The position numbers and the translations under genes were made by a program. The notes beneath the pieces are model-generated. The model had not been told where the DNA came from. It saw only the letters and a list, made by a program, of their open reading frames with translations, and ran no database searches. This document shows, piece after piece, positions 9,054 to 18,465 of a stretch of 36,997 bases of DNA. This DNA comes from an uncultured Bacteroidales bacterium (GTDB lineage Bacteria; Bacteroidota; Bacteroidia; Bacteroidales; UBA932), in contig CAJOQW010000027.1 of the NCBI GenBank assembly GCA_905236955.1, positions 1 to 36,997 on the forward strand. The letters are read 5' to 3'. Numbering within the stretch: position 1 is the stretch's first letter; each line of letters begins with the position of its first letter.

Positions 9054-10079
9054 TTATTCGCTGTCAACTATGTCTATGTCGAAACGGAGGGGACAATAAC
9101 CGGGGATGTCGCTTCCCTGGCCCGAGTACGAATAGCCGAGGCCGGACCAGAAGATGGCCGAGCCGCTCTCGTGGGGGTGCATATGCTTGAACGCATAGGC
9201 GAAACCGTCGACAACGTCTGTTTCATCGCTTCCCATGGTTATGCCGGTATATGACTCGGCCATGTTTATGGTTACCGGACCGTACGACTTAGAAGAGGAA
9301 TAGAGACCGTTGTCCTTGGCGACTTTCTCGATGGAAGTGTCCAGGACGGTGCCGTCCAGGCGCCTGAGGGTATAGTTGCAATAAATCGTGGTGTCATCAG
9401 GGAAAGTCTCCGTGCTGGAAGGCTCCGCGGTACGTATATAGTACCATCCGTCGAGGGAATCGGTCTGCGCGGTGGGACAATTGAGGGTTATGTACCTCGC
9501 GAGTGAGTCCTTCTCCCAGGCTTCGATGTCGTCGAAGGCATCTTCCACCCTGATGGTATAGATCAGATTCGTACCGCTGCAGTTCTTTACGTATTCTTCG
9601 GCTGTGGAGTAACGGGAGGCGTAACCGGTGCCCTGGGTGCTGAGGAGCCACCCGGGAATGACTGCCTTCCGGGTGCCGCCTATCCGCATGGTGGAGAGTA
9701 CGTCTTCGACACCGGCCCTGAGATTATCCAGGCTTTCCCCGCGGAACCATACAACAGGGCCGTAATAACCGTGGGTGGTGTATGAATCCAGTTGGCGGTT
9801 AATTTGCGCGAAGGTGCTGTTTCCGTAGTTTCCCTTCAGGTCCTGGGTGGTGTATTCCACCCGGACGTACTGCTTGTCGCCCAAAAGGCTTCCGATACCC
9901 GGAGTGTCCTCGATTATGAAAGCGCCCAGACTTGTCTGGGGGGCGTCCGGATAATTCTGCTGTATCCAGGCGTCGAGATATATCTTTGCGTCATCGCTGG
10001 CGCCCACCGTTCCCTGCCTTGCGCAGGAGGCGAGCACGGCGGCGGAGAGAAGTATCGGAATAATCTTCTTCATATTCAT
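9054..10079 (-). CDS. FKBP-type peptidyl-prolyl isomerase-like lipoprotein with two FKBP-like domains
   Basis: Lipobox LAS-C. First domain VRVEY...MRIGGTRKAVIPGWL; second domain YTLRRLDGTVLDTS...VDGF...LGY...IPGYCPLRFDI. Confidence 0.75.
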   Translation of the reverse strand: MNMKKIIPILLSAAVLASCARQGTVGASDDAKIYLDAWIQQNYPDAPQTSLGAFIIEDTPGIGSLLGDKQYVRVEYTTQDLKGNYGNSTFAQINRQLDSYTTHGYYGPVVWFRGESLDNLRAGVEDVLSTMRIGGTRKAVIPGWLLSTQGTGYASRYSTAEEYVKNCSGTNLIYTIRVEDAFDDIEAWEKDSLARYITLNCPTAQTDSLDGWYYIRTAEPSSTETFPDDTTIYCNYTLRRLDGTVLDTSIEKVAKDNGLYSSSKSYGPVTINMAESYTGITMGSDETDVVDGFAYAFKHMHPHESGSAIFWSGLGYSYSGQGSDIPGYCPLRFDIDIVDSE

Positions 10080-11125
10080 TTGTCTTTCTGCATGAATCGT
10101 GCCGCGGTCGTGGCGAGATATCCGTACACATGCTCCGGCGAGTCGATGTCCCCGGGGAAGAAGAGCTTGCCTCCCGCGGCCTGTTCGTGCCCTCCTCCGT
10201 TGAAGTAGCGTCTTGCCATGTCGTTGGCGCTCCAGCCCCTCTTGGACCGGATGCTGACCCTGAAGTGGTCTTCTTCCTGCTTGAGGAAAAGGCTCAGGTT
10301 CACCGCACCTATGCCCAGGGGAATGTTGACCAGACCCTCGGTCTCGCCCTGCCTGAGCGGATATTTTTCCTGGAATTCCATGGTGGCCACAATGCAGGCG
10401 ACTCCGCCCGGATGGATGGTGAGCCCCTCTCCGAGGAGGGCGGCGAACGCCCTTATGCGGGTTTCGCTGTAGTCCTGGTAGAGACGGCTAAGGACGTAGT
10501 CCCTGTCCACCCCCGCCTCCAGAAGTTCGGCTGCCATGCGTAAAGTGCTGGGATAGACCGAGTTCCCAAAATTGTTGGTGTCGGTGGTCATGCCCGTCAT
10601 GAGTGCCAGCAGGCTCTTTTTTGGAAGCCCCTCGTATCCTCCTTCCAATTTCCTTAATATCCAGTAAAGGAACTCGCTGGTCGATGAGATTGCCGTACGC
10701 GAGAAAGCCAACGTGAACGCTCCCTCATCCGGATTGAGGTGATGGTCGATTAGCACCTTTTCACGGGCGGGGCATTTCTCGAGTGCCCCCTGGAGCGCTT
10801 CCGCCCTGCTGAAGGCGTTCATGTCCAGGACAAGAAGCAGGTCGCATTCCCGGAGCGCCTCGGCGGCCCTTTCCGGATCGTTTCCGGCATCAGTATAAGG
10901 TTCTCCTTCAAGTAGGAAATCCAGCGTGCGGGGGAGGGTGTCGGGGATGATGAGCCGTGCCTTGACCCCTCGATTTTCCTCCAGCCAGTGCCTGAGGGCT
11001 ATGCCGCTTCCGAGCGCGTCGCCGTCCGGATGGGTATGTACCACTATCGTGGCGGCGGAACTGCTGCGGATAATGCGGTCGAGCTTGTCTATTTTATGTC
11101 CACTCAGTCTAAAAGGCATTTTCAT
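10076..11125 (-). CDS. nrnA: DHH/DHHA1 phosphoesterase (NrnA-like oligoribonuclease/pAp phosphatase)
   Basis: Motifs HTHPDGDALGS, IDHH, TDT..F, VSIRS and GGGH..AAGG. Confidence 0.88.
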   Translation of the reverse strand: MKMPFRLSGHKIDKLDRIIRSSSAATIVVHTHPDGDALGSGIALRHWLEENRGVKARLIIPDTLPRTLDFLLEGEPYTDAGNDPERAAEALRECDLLLVLDMNAFSRAEALQGALEKCPAREKVLIDHHLNPDEGAFTLAFSRTAISSTSEFLYWILRKLEGGYEGLPKKSLLALMTGMTTDTNNFGNSVYPSTLRMAAELLEAGVDRDYVLSRLYQDYSETRIRAFAALLGEGLTIHPGGVACIVATMEFQEKYPLRQGETEGLVNIPLGIGAVNLSLFLKQEEDHFRVSIRSKRGWSANDMARRYFNGGGHEQAAGGKLFFPGDIDSPEHVYGYLATTAARFMQKDK

Positions 11126-11141
11126 CTAAAAAATCGCTGTG

Positions 11142-11189
11142 CAAATTTACGAAGAATATTGCTTTTAAAGAATCAATTTTCTAACTTTG
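11142..11189. promoter_or_regulatory. Divergent promoter pair: TAAATTTG (minus, 11142-11149) and TAACTTTG (plus, 11182-11189)
   Basis: Two back-to-back TAnnTTTG elements in an AT-rich intergenic region. Confidence 0.7.
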
Positions 11190-11227
11190 TAGAGTTTTTA
11201 TGAAATTATAGAAATACACTAACCAAT

Positions 11228-11920
11228 ATGAAGAAGACACTCCAGATCATCATCGAAATCCTGCTGGCAATCGTGTGCGCTGCGCTCGTAGTCATGATCT
11301 ACCGCAGTATCACCAAGCCGGTACAGTTCAACAAGCAGAAGGCATATCGTGAGAGCGTTGCCGTACAGCGCCTGAAAGACATCCGCACCCTGCAGGTGGC
11401 TTACAAGGCCGTAAACGGCAAGTTCACCAGCACTGTCGACAGCCTCAAGGACTTCTACAACAACGGTCAGATGTCCGTAGTGCTGCAGGTCGGTTCCAAG
11501 GACGACTCCCTTGCCATGGCCCATACCGAGGCCATAAAGAAGCAGAACCGCAAGATCACTCCGGCCGAACTCCTCAAGTTGTATCAGGCCGGAGACCGCA
11601 ATCTGGTGTTCGCAATCGAGAGCAAGATCCCTGTCAAGGACACTATCTTCACCAACAGGCCCGACCTCGTCCTCGATTCGCTCAATTTCATCCCCTTCTC
11701 AGGCGGCGAGCCCGTGCAGATGGAGGCCATCACCAAGATGGTATCAGGTGTTCCCGTGCCCCTCTTCGAAGCACGCATGCCTTACAAGTCCCTGCTCAAG
11801 GGCCTGGACAACCAGCTCCGTATCAATCTTGACGCCGATCAGCGCGACAAGAACCGTTATGAGGGCCTTCAGGTGGGTTCCATCACCGCACCCAACAACA
11901 ACGCGGGCAACTGGGAGTAG
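11228..11920 (+). CDS. Conserved Bacteroidetes hypothetical protein with an N-terminal membrane anchor
   Basis: Single N-terminal TM, RLKDIR..Q motif and C-terminal VGS...NNNAGNWE. Strong host-like codon usage. Confidence 0.75.
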   Translation: MKKTLQIIIEILLAIVCAALVVMIYRSITKPVQFNKQKAYRESVAVQRLKDIRTLQVAYKAVNGKFTSTVDSLKDFYNNGQMSVVLQVGSKDDSLAMAHTEAIKKQNRKITPAELLKLYQAGDRNLVFAIESKIPVKDTIFTNRPDLVLDSLNFIPFSGGEPVQMEAITKMVSGVPVPLFEARMPYKSLLKGLDNQLRINLDADQRDKNRYEGLQVGSITAPNNNAGNWE

Positions 11921-12402
11921 TGGAAGAGACCAGTCTCCTTACGCCGAAATGCACGCTTGTGCCGGCGCATTTCTATAAACCGGCTTCCTCAAGGGATATC
12001 CTTGGGGAAGTCGTCGTTCTAGATGCGGCGGACATCGTGAAGGAAGTGGAGGTGCCACAGTATGAATCCGTCATGCTCTATGCGGTCCCGGACACTTCCA
12101 CGGAGGCCCTTCCGGAGTTATGGTATGTCCTGAAGGAACTTCCCGCCATTTCCGACTACAACAAGATACTGGCAAGTTGGAAGGAGCGCCGTCTGTATCT
12201 GGGCATCGCCCAGGGCAACGGGCTTTTGCTGGCCAACAGTTTCGAGGCGCCCGACTTCACCACGGCCGAATATTACATCTTCCTCGCCCTCAAGCAGCTT
12301 CAACTCAATCCCGAGGTAAGCACGATCTATCTCCGCAGTGCCGTTTCGCCCGAAGACGAGATGAGCCTTTACCGTTATTTCAAGAGCGTGGAGACGCTAT
12401 GA
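11920..12402 (+). CDS. DUF3822-family protein (short version)
   Basis: Motifs TLVP..F and LLLANSF....DF..YY. Lies directly upstream of rsmD; GTG start overlaps the previous TAG. Confidence 0.6.
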   Translation: MEETSLLTPKCTLVPAHFYKPASSRDILGEVVVLDAADIVKEVEVPQYESVMLYAVPDTSTEALPELWYVLKELPAISDYNKILASWKERRLYLGIAQGNGLLLANSFEAPDFTTAEYYIFLALKQLQLNPEVSTIYLRSAVSPEDEMSLYRYFKSVETL

Positions 12403-12932
12403 GGATTATCGGCGGCAGGCTCCGGGGGCGGGTCATAGAACTTCCCGTCCGCTACGGCGCAAGGCCCACCACGGACTTCGCGAAGGAAGCCCTCTTCAAC
12501 ATCCTCGACAATGAGTACGAATTCGATGGCCTCAAGGTGCTGGACCTTTTCGCAGGCACCGGGGCCATCGGGTATGAATTCGCTTCCCGCGGTGCTGCCA
12601 GGGTTTACTCCGTGGAGATGTCCAGGGACAACGCAGCCTTCATCAGGAAGGAAGCCCGCAATCTGGGCCTTGACAACGTTATCGCCGTCCACGACAACGT
12701 CTTTGATTTCCTCCCGGTCTGCAAGGAGAAGTTCGACATTATCTTCGCGGATCCTCCTTACGCCCTCGAGGGCCTGCAGGACCTTCCCGACAAGGTCCTT
12801 GCCGCAGAAATCCTGTATCCCGAAAGATATTTCATCCTTGAGCACGGCGGTGAGCATTCCTTCAAGTGGCATCCCTCTTTAGTGAAAGAGCGCATCTACG
12901 GCCGTGTCCACTTCAGTTTCTTCGAGAAATGA
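12399..12932 (+). CDS. rsmD: 16S rRNA m2G966 methyltransferase RsmD
   Basis: Start at 12399 (MRIIGG). Motifs RPTTD..KEALFN, LDLFAGTG and FADPPY. Confidence 0.92.
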   Translation: MRIIGGRLRGRVIELPVRYGARPTTDFAKEALFNILDNEYEFDGLKVLDLFAGTGAIGYEFASRGAARVYSVEMSRDNAAFIRKEARNLGLDNVIAVHDNVFDFLPVCKEKFDIIFADPPYALEGLQDLPDKVLAAEILYPERYFILEHGGEHSFKWHPSLVKERIYGRVHFSFFEK

Positions 12933-14380
12933 TATCCTTGATCATCAGCCTTGTCGCCCTCGTGCTGGGTTACCTCCTTTACGGGCGTTTCGTGGAGAGG
13001 GTGTTCGGTCCCGATCCTTCCAGGCCCACGCCTGCGGTCACCAAAGCCGACAACGTCGACTTCGTGCCCTTGCCGACCTGGAAAGTGTATATGATACAGT
13101 TCCTCAACATAGCGGGGACCGGTCCCATTTTCGGTGCCATAATGGGGGCCAAGTTCGGACCATCCTGCTATCTGTGGATAGTCTTCGGCTGCATCTTCGC
13201 AGGTGCGGTCCACGATTATTTCTCGGGCATGCTGTCGCTGCACAACGGCGGAGCGGGCCTTCCCGGACTGATCCGGAAATATTTGGGAAAGGGGACGAGC
13301 GCCGTAGTTTTGGTGTTCTCAATCATGCTGATGGTACTGGTCGGAGCCGTTTTCGTGTACAGCCCTGCAATCATACTCGGGGACATGACAGGAGGAAATT
13401 CCATGATGATATGGGTCGCCGTGGTGTTTGTCTATTACCTGATAGCCACCCTCCTGCCGATAGACAAGATAATAGGGCGGTTCTATCCGGTCTTCGCTTT
13501 TGCGCTCATTTTCATGGCGGTAGCCCTTGCGGTGTGCCTGTTCGTCAAATGGCCCGCCATCCCGGAGTTTTGGAACGGTCTCGGGAACCTGGGAGAAACT
13601 TCGGGGCTGCTGAAGGGACAGTCCATCTTCCCGTGCCTGTTCATAACCATAGCCTGCGGCGCCATCAGCGGTTTCCATTCCACCCAGAGCCCCCTCATGG
13701 CACGCTGTCTTAAGAACGAGAAGCTCGGCCGCCCTGTTTTTTACGGAGCCATGGTCACCGAAGGTGCCATCGCCCTCATCTGGGCGGCTGTGGGATCTTA
13801 TTTCTTCCATGCGGGCGGAGCCGCCGAAGTCGGTTCCAGCCTTTCCGCCCAGGCCCCTTCCGTCGTGACGGCTGTGTCCACCAGCTGGCTCGGTGTCCTT
13901 GGAGGGATCCTTGCAATACTGGGCGTGGTGGCCGCTCCCATAACCAGCGGCGACACGGCGTTCCGAAGCGCGCGCCTGATGATAGCCGAAGCACTCCACA
14001 TGGACCAGAAGAGCTATGCCAAGCGTCTTTACATTGCGGTTCCCCTGTTTGTCGCCGCGGCCCTGCTGCTGTGGTTCAACATAGCGGACGAGAACGGATT
14101 CAATACCATATGGCGCTATTTCGGATGGGCAAACCAGACGCTAGCCTGCTTTACCCTCTGGGCCATAACTTCTTATCTTACGAGTGAAAAGAAAGGAGCA
14201 TGGTATTTTGTCACCATGCTCCCGGCAGCATTCATGACGGCAGTCTGCACCACCTACATCTGTGTCGAGAAGATAGGGCTCAATATGCCGGCGGCATGGA
14301 TCCCCTATATTGCCACGGGTGTTTTCGTGCTAAGTATCTGCCTGTATTATCTCCTGCGGTCCGGGAAAATCAGACGTTGA
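12929..14380 (+). CDS. cstA: Carbon starvation protein A family transporter
   Basis: Start at 12929 (ATGA overlap). Motifs IAGTGPIFG, GAVHDY, IACGAISGFHSTQ and FGWANQ. Confidence 0.92.
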   Translation: MISLIISLVALVLGYLLYGRFVERVFGPDPSRPTPAVTKADNVDFVPLPTWKVYMIQFLNIAGTGPIFGAIMGAKFGPSCYLWIVFGCIFAGAVHDYFSGMLSLHNGGAGLPGLIRKYLGKGTSAVVLVFSIMLMVLVGAVFVYSPAIILGDMTGGNSMMIWVAVVFVYYLIATLLPIDKIIGRFYPVFAFALIFMAVALAVCLFVKWPAIPEFWNGLGNLGETSGLLKGQSIFPCLFITIACGAISGFHSTQSPLMARCLKNEKLGRPVFYGAMVTEGAIALIWAAVGSYFFHAGGAAEVGSSLSAQAPSVVTAVSTSWLGVLGGILAILGVVAAPITSGDTAFRSARLMIAEALHMDQKSYAKRLYIAVPLFVAAALLLWFNIADENGFNTIWRYFGWANQTLACFTLWAITSYLTSEKKGAWYFVTMLPAAFMTAVCTTYICVEKIGLNMPAAWIPYIATGVFVLSICLYYLLRSGKIRR

Positions 14381-15671
14381 AATTGTGATAGTGCGGACCG
14401 AAGCGGTCGAAAGCTGCGCGGTCCAGTTCTTCCTGATTGTCCGGATGGGCTATGCTGATGAGCAGTTTGGCCCTTTCCTGCAGGCTCTTGCCATAAAGGT
14501 CAACCGCTCCGAATTCGGTCACTATCCAATGGGCGTCGGCCCTTGGTGTGACCACGCCGGCTCCGGGGTGCAATTCGGGAACTATCTTGCTCCCTCCGTA
14601 TTTGGTCTGGGAAGCGAAAGCGGTAATGCTTTTGCCTCCTTCGCTCATCGTGGCACCCTTCACGAATTCCACCTGTCCGCCCGTGCCGCTCCAGATGCGG
14701 GTGCCGATGGAGTCGGCGCAGATCTGGCCGGTGAGGTCCACCTCGACGGCGGAGTTGATGGCCTTCATGTGGGGATTCTGCGCTATGACCCAGGGGTTGT
14801 TGACATATTTTATATCCTTCATCAACACGTCGGGATTATGGTCGATGAATGAATAGACTTCGTCGCTTCCGAGCAGGAACGATGCCACCACCTTCCCTGT
14901 GTCTATCTTCTTGCAAGAGCCGTTGATGACACCTTTCTTGATAAGGCGCAGAAGTCCGTCGGCGAACATTTCGGTATGGAGGCCGAGGTCCTTGTGGCCG
15001 CCCAGCTGGCCGGCAAGGGCATTCGGAAGGGCTCCAATGCCCATCTGTATGCAGTCTCCGTCCTCCACGAGTGCGGCGGCATTCCGGCCGATGAGCACCT
15101 CGGTGGGGGTGGGTTCGGCAAAGGCGGCCGTCACGAGGGGAGTGTCGTCCTTCACCAGGTAGTCGAATTGCTCTACGCCCAGGAGGTCGCCGTATGCGAA
15201 GGGGACGTTGGGATTCACGACACCTATGACAAGATCGGCGCTTTCTACAGCCGCGACGCTGCAATCCACAGATGTGCCGAGGCTTACGCGGCCTTCTTCG
15301 TCGGGCATGGACACGTTCACCAGGGCAGCGCCCAGGTGTATGTAACCTTCGCGGTAGAGTTTCTGGCTCTCGCCGAGGTGCACGGGGAGGTAATCGGCCC
15401 ATCCGCCGCCGACGTTCTTGCGTACGTTGGGGCCGAGGAAGAAGCCCTGGTCGAAGAATATGCCGTCATAGCGCTCTTCGCTGTAAGGGGCGGGACCCTC
15501 GGTGTGGAAGTGATGGAAATGGAGATCCTTCACGTCGCCCTCATCGGCCCTCCTGCATAGAGCCTGGATGAGGCAATGTGGAACGCTTGCCACGCTGGAA
15601 AGGTGGATGTGGCTGCCGCTCTTGATGTGGCTTACGGCCTCGTCGGCACTTACGAAGGTTATTTGTTTCAT
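14370..15671 (-). CDS. Acetyl-CoA hydrolase/transferase family (4-hydroxybutyrate CoA-transferase-like)
   Basis: Motifs IQMGIGALP, LGLHTEMF (catalytic Glu), INSAVEVDLTGQ, SGTGGQ and LISIAHP. Confidence 0.88.
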   Translation of the reverse strand: MKQITFVSADEAVSHIKSGSHIHLSSVASVPHCLIQALCRRADEGDVKDLHFHHFHTEGPAPYSEERYDGIFFDQGFFLGPNVRKNVGGGWADYLPVHLGESQKLYREGYIHLGAALVNVSMPDEEGRVSLGTSVDCSVAAVESADLVIGVVNPNVPFAYGDLLGVEQFDYLVKDDTPLVTAAFAEPTPTEVLIGRNAAALVEDGDCIQMGIGALPNALAGQLGGHKDLGLHTEMFADGLLRLIKKGVINGSCKKIDTGKVVASFLLGSDEVYSFIDHNPDVLMKDIKYVNNPWVIAQNPHMKAINSAVEVDLTGQICADSIGTRIWSGTGGQVEFVKGATMSEGGKSITAFASQTKYGGSKIVPELHPGAGVVTPRADAHWIVTEFGAVDLYGKSLQERAKLLISIAHPDNQEELDRAAFDRFGPHYHNFNV

Positions 15672-15694
15672 GTTCCGTGATTAAGATAGCGGCG

Positions 15695-15739
15695 CAAAGA
15701 TAGCAAATAATCGAACATCTATCAATTTTTGTAACTTTG
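15695..15739. promoter_or_regulatory. Divergent promoter pair: TATCTTTG (minus, 15695-15702) and TAACTTTG (plus, 15732-15739)
   Basis: Two TAnnTTTG elements. The plus-strand one is 4 nt from the mazG ATG. Confidence 0.7.
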
Positions 15740-15743
15740 CGGC

Positions 15744-16574
15744 ATGCATTCCAAAGAAGAAAAACTGCAAGCGTTCGAAAGGGCTGTCGGGGTCATGGAT
15801 GACCTGAGGGAAAAATGCCCATGGAACCATGCACAGACAAACGCCTCTCTCCGTCCCCTGACCATTGAAGAAGTTTACGAACTCTCGGACGCCGTCCTAG
15901 CGGACGACCCTGCCGAGATCTGCAAGGAGCTCGGCGACCTGGCCCTTCATGTCCTTTTCTACTCGAAGGTGGGTGAGGAGAAAGGCTTGTACGATATCGC
16001 CGACGTCCTGGACGGCATGTGCGAGAAGATGATCTTCCGTCACCCACATGTCTTCGGTCCCGGTGCTGATGAAGGGATGACGGCGGAAGAGGTGGCCAAG
16101 GCCTGGGAACTCCGCAAGAAGAAAGAGCGTGGCGGGAGGCGTACCATCCTGGAGGGGGTGCCTAAGAGCTGCGAACCCGTACGGAAGGCCTTCATCCTTC
16201 AGGACAAGGCTTCGGCGGTCGGTTTCGACTGGGACAAGCCAGCGGATGTATGGCCCAAGGTGGATGAAGAACTCACCGAGGCCAGGGAGGCGGTAGGATT
16301 CGAGACCCGCAAGGCTCCCGGACGTTCGGGAAGCCAGGAGGTGAGCAGGGAGCACGCCGAGGAGGAGTTCGGGGATGCGATGTTCGCCCTGGTCAACGCC
16401 GCAAGGCTCTATGGGGTGGATCCTTCAGTAGCGCTGGCAAAGGCCTGTGACAAGTTCCAGCGCCGTTTCACATATATGGAAACCAAGGCAGGGGAGCGCG
16501 GCCTCGACCTGGGGAAGATGACCCTGGCCGAGATGGACGCCATCTGGGACGAGGGCAAGGCTGCAGGACTGTAA
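15744..16574 (+). CDS. mazG: Nucleoside triphosphate pyrophosphohydrolase MazG
   Basis: Motifs LREKCPW, EEVYEL, ELGD, RHPHVFG, GFDW and EEFGD (two MazG domains). Confidence 0.93.
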   Translation: MHSKEEKLQAFERAVGVMDDLREKCPWNHAQTNASLRPLTIEEVYELSDAVLADDPAEICKELGDLALHVLFYSKVGEEKGLYDIADVLDGMCEKMIFRHPHVFGPGADEGMTAEEVAKAWELRKKKERGGRRTILEGVPKSCEPVRKAFILQDKASAVGFDWDKPADVWPKVDEELTEAREAVGFETRKAPGRSGSQEVSREHAEEEFGDAMFALVNAARLYGVDPSVALAKACDKFQRRFTYMETKAGERGLDLGKMTLAEMDAIWDEGKAAGL

Positions 16575-17350
16575 TGGCTATGGATGCGACCGACATGTAT
16601 GAGAAGGGCATGGGACAGGCACCTGCCCCATGGCAGGAGCGTACCGTCCTGCTGCTCGGAAAGGAGGCCGTCGCCCGTATGGCCGCGTCCCGCGTGCTGG
16701 TGGTCGGTGTGGGAGGGGTTGGCGGCTATGCCGCCGAAATGCTCGTCCGGGCCGGGGTGGGGCATCTGGCCATCGTGGATTCCGACAAAGTCGCGGAGTC
16801 GAATGTCAACCGGCAGCTGCTGGCCTTGCATTCCACGATAGGTCTTTCCAAGGTGGCTGTCCTGAAGGACCGCCTGATGGACATAAATCCCGATCTTGAC
16901 CTCACCGTCAAGGAAACCTATCTGGAGGAGGGGAATATCGCCTCTGTCCTTGAAGGGTGCAGGTTCGATTATGCCGTGGACGCGATAGACACCCTGAGTC
17001 CCAAGATCGCCCTCATCCGGTGGTGCCTGGGAAGGCGGGTGCCCCTGGTCTCGTCGATGGGTGCCGGGGCCAAGATGGATGCCACCATGGTGCGGCTTGC
17101 CGACATATCCGGTACAAGGATGTGCCCCCTGGCCCAGAATCTTCGCAAGCGGCTCCATAAAATGGGCATATTCGAAGGCTTCCAGGCCGTATTTTCGGAG
17201 GAAAAACCCCGTGAAGGGGCCACTGTCCCGGAGGAGGGCAGGAATAAGCGCAGCAACGTCGGCACCATCTCCTATCTTCCCGCGGTCTTCGGATGCGTCT
17301 GCGCCCAGGCGGTGATAGACGGTATTGCAGGGCCCGCCGAAAATTGCTAA
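16574..17350 (+). CDS. tcdA: tRNA threonylcarbamoyladenosine dehydratase (ThiF family)
   Basis: Motifs GVGGVG, SNVNRQ, DAID, SSMGAG..D, CPLA and VFSEE. Confidence 0.85.
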   Translation: MAMDATDMYEKGMGQAPAPWQERTVLLLGKEAVARMAASRVLVVGVGGVGGYAAEMLVRAGVGHLAIVDSDKVAESNVNRQLLALHSTIGLSKVAVLKDRLMDINPDLDLTVKETYLEEGNIASVLEGCRFDYAVDAIDTLSPKIALIRWCLGRRVPLVSSMGAGAKMDATMVRLADISGTRMCPLAQNLRKRLHKMGIFEGFQAVFSEEKPREGATVPEEGRNKRSNVGTISYLPAVFGCVCAQAVIDGIAGPAENC

Positions 17351-17355
17351 ATTTG
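17348..17355 (+). promoter_or_regulatory. -7 element (TAAATTTG) for prfA, overlapping the tcdA stop codon
   Basis: TAA 17348-17350 is both the stop codon and the start of TAnnTTTG. Confidence 0.6.
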
Positions 17356-17376
17356 CAGGATTTTTAGAGAGTTCAA

Positions 17377-18465
17377 ATGGCAGAGAATACCTTATTGGAG
17401 AAAGTCCTTGGCCTGCAGGACAAGTTCGCATCCCTGCAGGCGCAGCTGACAGACCCGCTAGTCATGGGTGACATGAAGAAGTATGTCCAACTGAACAAGG
17501 ATTACAAACAGTTGGAGCCCATCATCAAGGCGGGCCTGGAATACAAGAAGGCGTTGGAGGATCTTTCCGGTGCCAAGGACGTGCTGATGAACGAGAGCGA
17601 CCAGGACCTCAAGGAGATGGCCCGCGAAGAAATAAATGACATCGAGGGCAGGATTCCCGACATGGAGCAGAACATAAAGCTCCTGCTCATCCCGGCCGAT
17701 CCGGACGATGCCAAGAACGCCATAGTGGAGATCCGAGGCGGCACCGGGGGCGACGAGGCAGCCATCTTTGCAGGAGACCTCTTCCGCATGTATCAGCATT
17801 TTGCCGAAATCAAGGGGTGGAAGCTGGAGGTCACCGACCAGGCGCCCGGCACGTCCGGAGGTTTCAAGCAGGTGGTGTTCAAACTCTCCGGTCCCGACGG
17901 CGTGTACGGCATCATGAAGTATGAAAGCGGCGTACACCGTGTACAGAGGGTGCCCCAGACCGAGACCCAGGGCCGTATCCAGACTTCCGCCGCCTCCGTG
18001 GCCGTATTCCCGGAAGCCGGCGAGTTCGACATAGAGCTCAATCCGGCGGATATCCGCAAAGACCTTTTCTGCGCTTCCGGTCCCGGCGGCCAGGGCGTAA
18101 ACACCACGTATTCGGCCGTCCGCCTCACCCACATCCCTTCCGGGATCGTAGTCCAGTGCCAGGAGGAACGTTCCCAGATCAAGAACACCGAACGTGCCAT
18201 GGAAGAGCTCCGTACGCGTCTTTACAACATGGAGCACCAGAAATATCTCGACGGCATCGCCGCCAAGCGCAAGACCATGGTCTCCACCGGCGACCGCAGT
18301 GCCAAGATCCGCACCTACAACTATCCCCAGGGGCGTGTCACCGACCATCGCATAAACTGGAGCATGTACAACCTGCCGGCCTTCATGGACGGCAGCATAC
18401 AAGAGTGCATCGACCAGCTTCAGGTGGCGGAAAATGCCGAGCGTCTCAAGGAAGCGGGGGACTGA
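17377..18465 (+). CDS. prfA: Peptide chain release factor 1
   Basis: GGQ motif, PxT (RVPQTE) RF1 specificity motif, and [16 protein letters not shown]. Confidence 0.96.
   Translation: MAENTLLEKVLGLQDKFASLQAQLTDPLVMGDMKKYVQLNKDYKQLEPIIKAGLEYKKALEDLSGAKDVLMNESDQDLKEMAREEINDIEGRIPDMEQNIKLLLIPADPDDAKNAIVEIRGGTGGDEAAIFAGDLFRMYQHFAEIKGWKLEVTDQAPGTSGGFKQVVFKLSGPDGVYGIMKYESGVHRVQRVPQTETQGRIQTSAASVAVFPEAGEFDIELNPADIRKDLFCASGPGGQGVNTTYSAVRLTHIPSGIVVQCQEERSQIKNTERAMEELRTRLYNMEHQKYLDGIAAKRKTMVSTGDRSAKIRTYNYPQGRVTDHRINWSMYNLPAFMDGSIQECIDQLQVAENAERLKEAGD

Noticed and set aside
15744-17350. MazG plus ThiF as an anti-phage or toxin-antitoxin system
   Set aside because: These are the housekeeping two-domain MazG and TcdA. 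No MazEF, E2/JAB, cyclase or effector genes are nearby.
17377-18465. Programmed frameshift in the release factor gene
   Set aside because: This is RF1 (PxT motif) with a continuous ORF. The CTTTGA frameshift belongs to prfB.
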